Origin: Candidatus Woesebacteria bacterium
Lineage (GTDB): Bacteria; Patescibacteriota; Microgenomatia; UBA8517
Assembly (NCBI GenBank): GCA_963716475.1
Contig: OY970314.1
Span: forward strand, 436,790 to 500,789
Direction of reading: 5' to 3'
Length of the DNA stretch: 64,000 nucleotides
The notes beneath the pieces were generated by a model. It saw only the letters and a list, made by a program, of their open reading frames with translations, did no database searches and was not told the origin of the DNA. This document shows positions 10,896 through 19,522 of this stretch, piece after piece. The translations under genes and the position numbers were made by a program. The stretch's first letter is position 1; every line of letters starts with the position of its first letter.

Positions 10896-11727
10896 CGGCT
10901 AATTTATCCCAAGTCTGCAACTTGGCCCATTTCTCAACATCTTTTCTTACAAACGGTGACATTTTCCAATAATCTTCTTTAATTTTATTGTTCCAGAATA
11001 ATTTTAACTTGCAACCGTATGATAAAGCTTCCAAAGCCGCTAGATAACCTCCTGGCGTACAATACACAGCTTTTTTATAATATGGTATCGGGTCAGTAAA
11101 TCCATGTACCTCTCCATAATTCTCACATTGTCCTCTCAAATCTCCGTCTCCGCAAAAATCAACTTGATATTGCGGGTTTTCCTTCAACCAATCAAGAAAT
11201 TTCAATAATCCTGTATTCTCCTCCAACCTTCCTACATAAACTATAGAGTTCTTAACTCTGGCTGTCTTGATATGTACAGTTGCGGTAGCACCATATGTAA
11301 TTAAATCAAATTTAATTCGTAAATATTTCTCAAGAAATTTCCCTACGCCAACGCTACCAGTCGAAAGTTTAGCAGCTATTCTTTTTTGCCAAATACCCAT
11401 CTTGGAAAGAGGGTTATCCCATTCTAAGCCATGAATTGTCGTAAATACGGGCTTTTCTGGATACAATAACCTGAATGGAAAATACCAAATGAAAACATCA
11501 TGGATATGAACAATATCTGTTTTTTTGATTAGATTTCGGTTTTTAAATAACCAAATCCAAATAAAAATTATACCTAACAACTTAATACGAGGGTATTTAA
11601 TATTCGCCTCTGATATAACGGTTACCTTGTTCCCCTTTTTCTTTAATATTTTGCCAATTTCCTCGACATGCTTTTCTACCCCGCCAATATTTGGGTAGTA
11701 GAGCCGTGTTATAAAAAGTATCTTCAT
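10861..11727 (-). CDS. Glycosyltransferase family 4 (shortened)
   Basis: YYPNIGGVEKHV, YVGRLEE..G, LEALSYG. Confidence 0.8.
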   Translation of the reverse strand: MKILFITRLYYPNIGGVEKHVEEIGKILKKKGNKVTVISEANIKYPRIKLLGIIFIWIWLFKNRNLIKKTDIVHIHDVFIWYFPFRLLYPEKPVFTTIHGLEWDNPLSKMGIWQKRIAAKLSTGSVGVGKFLEKYLRIKFDLITYGATATVHIKTARVKNSIVYVGRLEENTGLLKFLDWLKENPQYQVDFCGDGDLRGQCENYGEVHGFTDPIPYYKKAVYCTPGGYLAALEALSYGCKLKLFWNNKIKEDYWKMSPFVRKDVEKWAKLQTWDKLADEYLNLYNHVK

Positions 11728-12410
11728 TTCTTTTTACAAAAAACTATCAAAAGGTTTGGTTTTCTATACCAAGGAATCAGTTTAACTATAATGCTCTTAA
11801 TCGTAAAGAAGTTACGGAAAGCGAAAATAAATTCGGACTCTTCAATGACGAATCCGGCAGATTCTAATTCTTTCTTCAAAATATATAAGTTGTATTCTCG
11901 CACATGTCTACTATAGTTTTTCCCTTCTCTGTTCAATTTTTCAAGATTTTCGTTAAGGGGAACGGAAACCACAAGACTTCCGTGTTTTTTTGTAACACGA
12001 TTTATTTCTTTTAGTGCTTTTATTAGATCCTTTTCGTAGATATGCTCAAGAACGTCGAGCACAGCTACTGTATCAAAAAATGATGTCTTGAATGGAAGTT
12101 TGGATACACCTGCGACATAAAACTTTCCATTCAATGTTTTCTTGGCATTTTTAATTGATTTTGAAGAAATGTCTACACCATAAACTTCAATTGGTAACTT
12201 TGATTTAATTAAGTCTCTCTCCAAATTTCCTGCACCAATACCGATGTCAAGAAATTTCCCGGGGTTCCTTTTGAGAAAATGGATAACACTTTTAATTTTC
12301 TTAATATAAAAAGGGCCCTTTATGAGTACATCATTTTTCTCAAACAATAGTTTGTCCCACACTTTTGGTGTGTTTGGGTTTTTCATATATTTATACTCGA
12401 AGTTTACCAC
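11724..12410 (-). CDS. Class I SAM-dependent methyltransferase
   Basis: LDIGIGAG, GVDIS, LPF..SFFD, DVLEH, HVREY. Confidence 0.88.
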   Translation of the reverse strand: MVNFEYKYMKNPNTPKVWDKLLFEKNDVLIKGPFYIKKIKSVIHFLKRNPGKFLDIGIGAGNLERDLIKSKLPIEVYGVDISSKSIKNAKKTLNGKFYVAGVSKLPFKTSFFDTVAVLDVLEHIYEKDLIKALKEINRVTKKHGSLVVSVPLNENLEKLNREGKNYSRHVREYNLYILKKELESAGFVIEESEFIFAFRNFFTIKSIIVKLIPWYRKPNLLIVFCKKK

Positions 12411-12495
12411 AAAATAGTTTGATTTAGCTTCACAAACTCCTTTAAAGTCTCATCCGTATAAATCAATAATATTTCAAAAGTGACAATGTATATTA

Positions 12496-12770
12496 ATGTC
12501 CAAAAAGAAATTTGGATATAGGGAGATTATTCCTCAGAATTAATAACCTCCTCGTTAGGACTTGGTTTTAGGGCTTCAAAAGCTTTGTATACATAACAAA
12601 AGTATTTGATGGTGACCCTTTCGTAACCAAAAAAACCAATACATTAGACTGGATAGCGTAAACGCCCTAGAGTTGGATAAATGTCTTGGTAAGGAAGCAA
12701 AAGCAGATATGGAAAAACTTATATTAAATAAAAAGGTTTTCATAACAGTAACACCCTCGTTCAACCTTAT
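12496..12770 (+). pseudogene. Degraded thermonuclease (SNase/YncB family) gene
   Basis: ITKVFDGDPF, then after a frameshift at the A7 run (12629-35) NQYIRLDSVNALELDKCLGKEAKADMEKLILNKKV; matches the DGD..RL..APE..G.EA..L..L SNase pattern; upstream stops and shifts. Confidence 0.7.
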
Positions 12771-12845
12771 TCAGGTGATAAATAGTTTCATACCTACGAT
12801 ATTGTATATTGACAATATATTCAAGATAGTTAAAACTTATTACGT

Positions 12846-14567
12846 ATGTATTCGAAACATAGATACTTATTCACACTTTTACTGGTTGGAATCTTAGGCC
12901 TAGTTATCCCCTCATCAGTTTCCGCATGCACCTATAATTCAACCATAACGGGAAACCATTTAGATATTCAGGTGCAAAATAATGATTGGCCAAATTTAGG
13001 GGTCCTTGAAATCATAAGTTTTTCGCATACTGCTATATGGGAGAAAATGTATCAGCCGTCCGGAGTAAATTGGGTTACAACATGGGATAATCTAGGTAAC
13101 AATATGTATTTTGGATTAATCGGAGGCTTAAACGGAGATACTGCATATTGGGGATTTAATGCGTTGACTGTTACAACAATTACTATCCCATATGGAGTTT
13201 ATGGAGTTGATTTTATTGGGTCACTATCTCATCAGGATTATTATATTCAAATGAACCACCCTGAAGATTTTGGATCAAATTATTTTGTTTGTACTCGAAA
13301 TGGAGAAGTGATTAATCAAAATTTAGTCACTCCTACGAAAGTTATTTTTGTACCTGGATTGGGGGCAAGCTGGAATGCAAATGCTATCTTGAATTGTACA
13401 AAGGACACTAACTCCAGCTGGACTCTTGCACCTTTTGCAGAAGATATTTACAACCCAGTTATCCAGGCAATAAATGAATATGGTTGGACTACTATACCCT
13501 TTTACTATGATTGGAGAAACCCTGTTTTACAAAATTCCAAACAGCTGGCAAGCTTTATTGATCAAAACTCCATGGCAGAAGAGATGGTAAACCTAGTAGG
13601 CCACAGTATGGGAGGACTTATCGGGAGAGGATACCTAGAGGCCTCTAGCGGAGGAAAACTTTCAAGCCTTTTAACCGTTGGTAGTCCGCATAAGGGTTCT
13701 GCCCTCGCCTACCCACCTTGGGCCGGTGGAGAGATCTGGAACGACAACTTTTTGATAAAAATTGCGATGACTCTCTACCTCAAGCATTGCGGTGGAATAC
13801 CCGCAACTGATAAAGATATTATTCATTATGAACTCCCTTCTGTCAAAGATCTCTTACCGACCGATCCATATCTACAAAAAAATAAAATAGCAGATCTTTA
13901 TCTGCCGACAAATCCTGAGAACAAAAATGATTGGTTAAATAATTTATCTTCTAAATCTTGGGGGGTAAGACTGGGTTACATAGCGGGAACCAGTTTTAAT
14001 ACTTTAAAGATAATCCAAACAAAAGATCCCAATAAAAAAGATTTTTATCTCGGTATTTGGGTCGATGGGAAACCAACCGGAAAAACATTTTCACCGGATG
14101 GTGATGGGACAGTATTATCAAGTAGCGCAATATTACCTAATGCAAGTTTCAGCGCCACAATAGACCAAACCCATACTGGCTTAGTGACTTCTGCCGAAGG
14201 TGTGGCCAAAATATTGGAATTTTTAGGTAAAACCGAAACTGTAACCACCCAACCGACATCACATTTAAACACTGTTGAACCAAACTCGGCACTCATAATT
14301 ATTGGCTATCCTGCCGATTTTACAGTTACGGACAAAAACGGAAAATCCAAAATGGACAAAGACGGTATGATTAGCTTCATGAACCCAGAGTCGGGATCGT
14401 ACAAGTTAAATCTTATTCCCAAGTCAAATAACACACTTTTTATAGTTACTCAATTTTTGCCAAATGGAAATGTAAAGTATAAAGAATACAATTTCGAAGG
14501 GTTTGGACCGAAGTTCAAAACAGTATTATTCGATCCCCTAAACCCAGTTGATGACCCGCTTTACTAA
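12846..14567 (+). CDS. Secreted alpha/beta-hydrolase (lipase/LCAT/PGAP1-like)
   Basis: Signal peptide; FVPGLG, YDWR, GHSMGG nucleophile, GSPHKGS, GDGTV, H. Confidence 0.85.
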   Translation: MYSKHRYLFTLLLVGILGLVIPSSVSACTYNSTITGNHLDIQVQNNDWPNLGVLEIISFSHTAIWEKMYQPSGVNWVTTWDNLGNNMYFGLIGGLNGDTAYWGFNALTVTTITIPYGVYGVDFIGSLSHQDYYIQMNHPEDFGSNYFVCTRNGEVINQNLVTPTKVIFVPGLGASWNANAILNCTKDTNSSWTLAPFAEDIYNPVIQAINEYGWTTIPFYYDWRNPVLQNSKQLASFIDQNSMAEEMVNLVGHSMGGLIGRGYLEASSGGKLSSLLTVGSPHKGSALAYPPWAGGEIWNDNFLIKIAMTLYLKHCGGIPATDKDIIHYELPSVKDLLPTDPYLQKNKIADLYLPTNPENKNDWLNNLSSKSWGVRLGYIAGTSFNTLKIIQTKDPNKKDFYLGIWVDGKPTGKTFSPDGDGTVLSSSAILPNASFSATIDQTHTGLVTSAEGVAKILEFLGKTETVTTQPTSHLNTVEPNSALIIIGYPADFTVTDKNGKSKMDKDGMISFMNPESGSYKLNLIPKSNNTLFIVTQFLPNGNVKYKEYNFEGFGPKFKTVLFDPLNPVDDPLY

Positions 14568-15229
14568 CTCTTTATCCAATTTTTGTAGTTTTTGTAAAGT
14601 CTGGGGAGTTCGACAAAAACTACCACTCCAAGCACGATTGCATAAGAAATAATTGCAAAAGAATAAAAAGGTTGAACCCTGAAATCAGTCCCGATCAAAA
14701 ATCCGTGGAGTCCGACAATCAGAAAAACCGCATAATTAATTACGTGGAGTTTTCTCCAGTTTGCTCTCATCCATGGGGTAGCTTTCCTAAAAATCCCGGC
14801 AAAAACCGTAATTGATAAAAGCCAAAAAGAAATTCTTCCCAAAGTGTAGTAGTAGTCAATCCGGCTTTGACAAAGCAAACAAACGTCTACAAAAACAAAA
14901 TAGGGATTCCAGCCGATTCCTGCGAAATGATTAAAAACCATAAAAGTTAAAGGGTGCAATAACGCCAGAGAATAAATTATTACTCCTTCAATTACGTGAT
15001 ACTTAAAAACCCATTCCCCTATTATTTTCTGTAGTTTATCCATAAAAGCTCCCAAGATAAGCTGCACAAAAAGTAAGGTAAAAAGAGTCAGTCCCAGAAT
15101 CCTTTGAATATAGTTGGTTAGTGTCGCAGAATTTTTAAGAACCAAAGAGAGTGGTGTTACCTGAAGAGCAGTTATAGGAACCAATAGCAAAAGTACGATA
15201 ACGAAAGCGAAGAAGATAACCTTTTTCAT
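14564..15229 (-). CDS. Ferric-reductase-like (MsrQ-type) heme-b transmembrane protein
   Basis: 6 TM helices with paired His (YH..G/LLH; WRKLH/GLHG). Confidence 0.75.
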   Translation of the reverse strand: MKKVIFFAFVIVLLLLVPITALQVTPLSLVLKNSATLTNYIQRILGLTLFTLLFVQLILGAFMDKLQKIIGEWVFKYHVIEGVIIYSLALLHPLTFMVFNHFAGIGWNPYFVFVDVCLLCQSRIDYYYTLGRISFWLLSITVFAGIFRKATPWMRANWRKLHVINYAVFLIVGLHGFLIGTDFRVQPFYSFAIISYAIVLGVVVFVELPRLYKNYKNWIKS

Positions 15230-15308
15230 ACTATTTAGTATAACCGTTTTTGTGTGGTCGCACCTGACACAATATTGATTTTCAAACTCGCTATGTTATA
15301 CTCCGCTC

Positions 15309-15560
15309 ATGGCTGAAAAAATCGTTCCGGTTTTTGTAGAAAAGACTGTTCCAAGAGCAGAATGGATCAAAGCTTCCAGATTTGACGACCCCCACTGGCC
15401 TATCAAAAGAAGCTTTGGGGTTTTATTCGAAGCCCGTCAGGTTGATATGGCTGAAAATATCACTTACAAAGTTTGTACAACCTACCCCGGTTGTTCACCT
15501 TGTACAAATTATCCTACATGCCCCATTGTTTCCCTCGTAGAACCAGATATAACCTCTTAA
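15309..15560 (+). CDS. Small hypothetical protein with C-terminal 4-Cys cluster
   Basis: 83-aa ORF; extended -10 TGtTATACT 6 nt before ATG. Confidence 0.55.
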   Translation: MAEKIVPVFVEKTVPRAEWIKASRFDDPHWPIKRSFGVLFEARQVDMAENITYKVCTTYPGCSPCTNYPTCPIVSLVEPDITS

Positions 15561-15584
15561 ACTACCTCTTTAAAAATACCAAAG

Positions 15585-15658
15585 TGGTCGCGCCTGGGCT
15601 CGAACCAGGGACCTTACGAATGTGAATCGTACGCTCTAACCAGCTGAGCTACGCGACC
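15585..15658 (-). tRNA. tRNA-Val(CAC), CCA not encoded
   Basis: GGTCGCG/CGCGACC acceptor stem, AGCTCAGCTGGTTAGAGC D-arm, TACGA-TTCACAT-TCGTA anticodon arm, GGTTCGAGCCC T-arm. Confidence 0.97.
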
Positions 15659-15732
15659 GGGTATTAAACTCATATTTTAGCACTCCCGGCAGAATTTATT
15701 GAGACTTGATTCTTTTTCTGACTTGAGAGAAT

Positions 15733-15912
15733 ATGGCGCTTGTGGGTAAAGAACACAACGAAAACGAAATAATTCCCGGGGACGCAAAAGATAAACCCTT
15801 TGACCCGACGTCACACCAACCAATTACAATAGAAGTTGACGGTATCGAAACCACTATCACATTTGAAGCTTGGTTAAAGATGTTAAATACGAATGGCCGC
15901 GGTGGTACGTAA
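15733..15912 (+). CDS. 59-aa hypothetical protein (below ORF-track cut-off)
   Basis: MALVGKEHNENEIIPGDAKDKPFDPTSHQPITIEVDGIETTITFEAWLKMLNTNGRGGT; fills the gap between tRNA and next promoter. Confidence 0.45.
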   Translation: MALVGKEHNENEIIPGDAKDKPFDPTSHQPITIEVDGIETTITFEAWLKMLNTNGRGGT

Positions 15913-15930
15913 TTATATGAGGAAAAGTTA

Positions 15931-15959
15931 TTGACACCGGCGACACAACCCTTTAGAGT
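15931..15959 (+). promoter_or_regulatory. Sigma70 promoter of the IMPDH/GMPR gene
   Basis: TTGACA-17 nt-TAGAGT. Confidence 0.65.
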
Positions 15960-16010
15960 TAAATGTAATGATTCATACATTGCCTCGCTGAAGGCGGGTC
16001 ATTACGTAAT

Positions 16011-17048
16011 ATGAATCATCAAATCCCACTTGGCCTCTCTTACGATGACATTCTTCTGGTTCCCCAATATTCCGAGATAAAAAGCCGCTCGGATATAGAT
16101 TTATCTGCCCAAATCACACCCAACCTTAAGCTAAACATTCCCCTCATCAGTTCTAATATGAGCAGCATCACCGATTCTAATTTCGCAATTTCACTCGGAA
16201 AACTTGGAGGTTTGGGGGTCCTGCCCCGTTTCATGACTCCACAGGAAGAAGTAAATATGGTAGAGGCAGTTAAAAAAGAAAAAGTTTTAGTCGGCGCCGC
16301 AGTAGGTATAAGGGAAAACAGTTTTGAAAGAGCCAGGCTCTTGGTTTCTGCCGGGGCCGACCTTTTGGTTTTGGATGTAGCCCACGGACATATGTTACAA
16401 ACCATTCAAGCAACAAAAATGCTAAAACAAATATTCGGTAATAAAGTAGGCATTGTTTCCGGCAATGTCGTTACTTATGAAGCCGCTAAAGATTTATTCC
16501 AAGCCGGAGCAGACTGTGTCAAAGTTGGTATTGGTCCCGGTTCGACTTGTATAACCAGAACCGAAACGGGTTGCGGCGTTCCCCAGATCTCAGCTGTGCT
16601 TGCCTGCGCAAAAGCGGCCAGAAAATATCACAAAACGTTAATTTGTGACGGTGGAATGAAAAATTCCGGTGATATCGTCAAAGGTTTAGCCGCCGGTGCC
16701 TCGGCAATAATGACAGGTCATCTCTTTGCCGGTTTGGAAGAAACCGCCGGAAAAATCATTGTCAAAGACGGCAAGAAATATAAAGAGTACAACGGATCAA
16801 CATCGCTTATAGAAAAATCAAGACAATCTCCGAATAGCATCAGCCATATTGAGGGAATAGCAAGTTTTGTTCCATATAAAGGCACTCTTGGTCCGAATTT
16901 GGAAAGAATTTTGGAGAATATCCGCTCCGGTTTTTCCTACACAGGAGCTAAAAACATAAAAGAACTTTGGCGGAGAGCGAAATTCATCAGAGTCTCACCG
17001 ATTGGCATAAAAGAAAACGGGCATCACGATGTAATACTTGCAAGCTAA
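16011..17048 (+). CDS. IMP dehydrogenase/GMP reductase family, CBS-less short form
   Basis: [40 protein letters not shown]. Confidence 0.9.
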   Translation: MNHQIPLGLSYDDILLVPQYSEIKSRSDIDLSAQITPNLKLNIPLISSNMSSITDSNFAISLGKLGGLGVLPRFMTPQEEVNMVEAVKKEKVLVGAAVGIRENSFERARLLVSAGADLLVLDVAHGHMLQTIQATKMLKQIFGNKVGIVSGNVVTYEAAKDLFQAGADCVKVGIGPGSTCITRTETGCGVPQISAVLACAKAARKYHKTLICDGGMKNSGDIVKGLAAGASAIMTGHLFAGLEETAGKIIVKDGKKYKEYNGSTSLIEKSRQSPNSISHIEGIASFVPYKGTLGPNLERILENIRSGFSYTGAKNIKELWRRAKFIRVSPIGIKENGHHDVILAS

Positions 17049-17064
17049 CCTCTCTTGGTAAATA

Positions 17065-17631
17065 ATGAATGATATGATTAAGCGTTTGGGCGCGTTTTTT
17101 TTGGATGTTTTGGAGGTAGTTGTTTTTGCAGTAGGAATATTCTTCTTTATTTACCTCCTGGTTATGCGTCCGCATAAAATCAGCGGACAATCGATGATGC
17201 CGAATTTTCAGGACGGTGAATTTCTTTTGACCGAAAAAGTTACTTATTATACAAGGAATCCCGAGAGGGGTGATGTTGTGGTCTTTATGCCACCCGTTTC
17301 CGACACGGATGAGTTTATTAAAAGGGTAATAGGCCTTCCAGGAGAAAGAGTCCTGATTAAAGACGGACACGTCTACATAAACGACAAACTACTTCAGGAG
17401 TCTTATATAAATGACGGGGTTATAACTTCCGGAGGACCCTTCCTGGGCGAAGATACGGAGTATGCCGTCCCCCCGGGTCAATATTTTGTTATGGGCGATA
17501 ACCGCCAAAATTCTTCCGACTCGAGATATTGGGGAACTATCACCAAAAAAGTAATAACAGGGCGTGCATGGATATCTTATTGGCCGGTAAACATCTCCGG
17601 AGTGATAAAACAGCCAAGCTATAACTTCTAG
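17065..17631 (+). CDS. lepB: Signal peptidase I
   Basis: SMMP, IKRVIGLPG, GDNRQNSSDSR. Confidence 0.95.
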   Translation: MNDMIKRLGAFFLDVLEVVVFAVGIFFFIYLLVMRPHKISGQSMMPNFQDGEFLLTEKVTYYTRNPERGDVVVFMPPVSDTDEFIKRVIGLPGERVLIKDGHVYINDKLLQESYINDGVITSGGPFLGEDTEYAVPPGQYFVMGDNRQNSSDSRYWGTITKKVITGRAWISYWPVNISGVIKQPSYNF

Positions 17632-17636
17632 ATTAT

Positions 17637-18476
17637 TTAACCAGTTACGCCTTTGTATATTTTCTGAAGAGTATTTTCAGTTTCTTCCAAACCACCCTTA
17701 AGAACAAAAATTACCCTTGTCTCTCTTCTGGACCTGATTAGCTTCACTGAATTACTCCGCAAGGCGTCTCCATCCGCATTATTTTTCAAGGCTGTCTCCA
17801 TATCTGCCTGCATTTTGTCGATTTCTTCGGAGATTATTCTTACGTGACCGCTGGGTCTTTCTACTTCCTGCTGGGACTTGACTTTCATTCTTCTTGCAAG
17901 CTCCTCAGCCCTTCTCACGGAGCCACTTTCCCGCAAAATGATCTTATACGCCTCTATCATTAAACTGCTGTCGTCAATCGCAGCCAATGCCCTTGCGTGG
18001 CCCTCGCTTATAAGTCCCGAAAGGAGTCCGTCCTTAAGCGCATCCGGAAGGGATAATAGTCTAAGAGAATTGCTCACATAGGCTACACTTTTGCCAATTC
18101 TCACTGCAATTTCACTGGTTGTCAGACCAAATTCGTTCATTAAACGCTCAAAACCCTTGGCCCTGTCAAGCGGATTAAGGTCAACCCTCTGGACATTTTC
18201 CACAAGAGCCATCTCAAGCATTCCTTTGGGAGAAGTTTCTCTAACTATTGCGGGGACATGGGTGAGCCCGGCCAATTTTGCCGCTCTCCACCGACGCTCC
18301 CCTGCAATAATTTGAAAACCGGCCGGAGTTTTGGCAATAACCAGGGGTTCCAATATTCCGTGCTCGCGGATAGAATCGACCAGATCAACCAGGCTTTCCG
18401 GAGTTATTGCACCACGGGGCTGCAGGGGGTTGGGCTGAAGCTGATTTATCTCTATTTGTATTACTTCCTCTGCCAT
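17637..18476 (-). CDS. parB: ParB/Spo0J chromosome partitioning protein
   Basis: NPLQPR, IIAGERRWRAA, ENVQRVDLNP, HTH, GHARAL. Confidence 0.95.
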   Translation of the reverse strand: MAEEVIQIEINQLQPNPLQPRGAITPESLVDLVDSIREHGILEPLVIAKTPAGFQIIAGERRWRAAKLAGLTHVPAIVRETSPKGMLEMALVENVQRVDLNPLDRAKGFERLMNEFGLTTSEIAVRIGKSVAYVSNSLRLLSLPDALKDGLLSGLISEGHARALAAIDDSSLMIEAYKIILRESGSVRRAEELARRMKVKSQQEVERPSGHVRIISEEIDKMQADMETALKNNADGDALRSNSVKLIRSRRETRVIFVLKGGLEETENTLQKIYKGVTG

Positions 18477-18477
18477 A

Positions 18478-18729
18478 TTATTCGGAAACTACGCTTATGA
18501 CTTTTTTGCCTAATTTCCTGCTAAACTTTGTCACGCCGTCCATAACAGAATAAAGACCGTGGTCTCTCCCCTCTTTTACACCCGTTCCTTTGGAAAAAAG
18601 CGTTCCTCTTTGTCTGACCAATATCTCTCCTTTGACAACCTTTTCTCCGCCAAAAAGTTTAACTCCTAGTCTTTTGCCTGCGGGACTAACATGTTGTGAA
18701 GCTTTTCCACCTGCTTTATGTGTTGACAT
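18478..18729 (-). CDS. rpmA: 50S ribosomal protein L27
   Basis: STHKAGG, KRLGVK, ILVRQRGT, GRDH. Confidence 0.97.
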   Translation of the reverse strand: MSTHKAGGKASQHVSPAGKRLGVKLFGGEKVVKGEILVRQRGTLFSKGTGVKEGRDHGLYSVMDGVTKFSRKLGKKVISVVSE

Positions 18730-18770
18730 ATTGTTTTATCCGTCAACACTTGCGGTATGTGTTGACATAT
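18717..18770. repeat. 15-bp direct repeat duplicating the rpmA start, with an inverted 8-mer between the copies
   Basis: TATGTGTTGACATAT at 18717-31 and 18756-70; GTCAACAC at 18742-49. Confidence 0.9.
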
Positions 18771-18779
18771 CCTTCGCAC

Positions 18780-18808
18780 AATATAAAGTATGTTTTCACA
18801 GTTGTCAA
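18780..18808 (-). promoter_or_regulatory. Sigma70 promoter between rplU and rpmA
   Basis: TTGACA-17 nt-TATATT on the minus strand. Confidence 0.7.
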
Positions 18809-18835
18809 GAGGTCAGAGAGTTATAGTTTGATACC

Positions 18836-19144
18836 CTAACCAATTCTTTCAACAAGAAGCCTTGTGTATTGGGGTCTGAAACCTGTGTGTCTCTTATATC
18901 TGCTTTTTGCTTTGAATTTGTAAATTTCAATTTTCTCTCCTTTTTCCATTTCAGTTACAACCTTAACCTTTATCTTGGCGTCTTTGATCACGGGTTTACC
19001 CACTTTGACGCTCTCCCCATCGACTAAAAGTAGAGTTTCGATCTCAAATTTCTTGGGGTCAACGAGTCTGTCGACTAGGATTTCCTTACCCTCGGAAACC
19101 CTATATTGTTTTCCGCCGATTCTAACTACCGCGTATTTGTCCAT
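18836..19144 (-). CDS. rplU: 50S ribosomal protein L21
   Basis: YAVVRIGGKQYRV, VGKP, KSRYKRHTGFR. Confidence 0.97.
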   Translation of the reverse strand: MDKYAVVRIGGKQYRVSEGKEILVDRLVDPKKFEIETLLLVDGESVKVGKPVIKDAKIKVKVVTEMEKGEKIEIYKFKAKSRYKRHTGFRPQYTRLLVERIG

Positions 19145-19185
19145 AACAGGTTGTATTTTAATTGATTGAGTATATATTTACAAGT

Positions 19186-19512
19186 ATGCCTAGTCAGATA
19201 GAAAGAGTGGGCGGTTACCTTAATCTGCATGTTGGGGAGCAGTTGGATATCGCCGGTTTGGCCCAGGACTTAGGAATCTCCAAAAGGCGGATATCCACTA
19301 TTGTGGGTCTCCATTATTCACACAGACTGGAACCTCCCGAGGGGCGGGCAAGGGTTATTCTTCCCCCTGACGGTCCGGATCCTCTAAGCCATAAGGCCGT
19401 GAGCAAGGTGGTGCCAAGTAAAGAAGAACCAACAATAATATATATTGCCGGACGGGGACGTTCACACAAAAAGCATACGGATCAAATCGAAGACGATTGG
19501 GGCAGTGAATAA
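19186..19512 (+). CDS. Hypothetical protein with possible N-terminal HTH
   Basis: IAGLAQDLGISKRRIS is HTH-like; ATG 19186 chosen. Confidence 0.5.
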   Translation: MPSQIERVGGYLNLHVGEQLDIAGLAQDLGISKRRISTIVGLHYSHRLEPPEGRARVILPPDGPDPLSHKAVSKVVPSKEEPTIIYIAGRGRSHKKHTDQIEDDWGSE

Positions 19513-19522
19513 CTTATGATGT

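Noticed and set aside
12576-12897. ORF-track 62-aa and 74-aa ORFs as real genes
   Set aside because: Better explained as a fragment and antisense frame of the thermonuclease pseudogene
18776-18790. NrdR-box-like sequence
   Set aside because: Single copy overlapping a -10 box; no ribonucleotide reductase gene nearby
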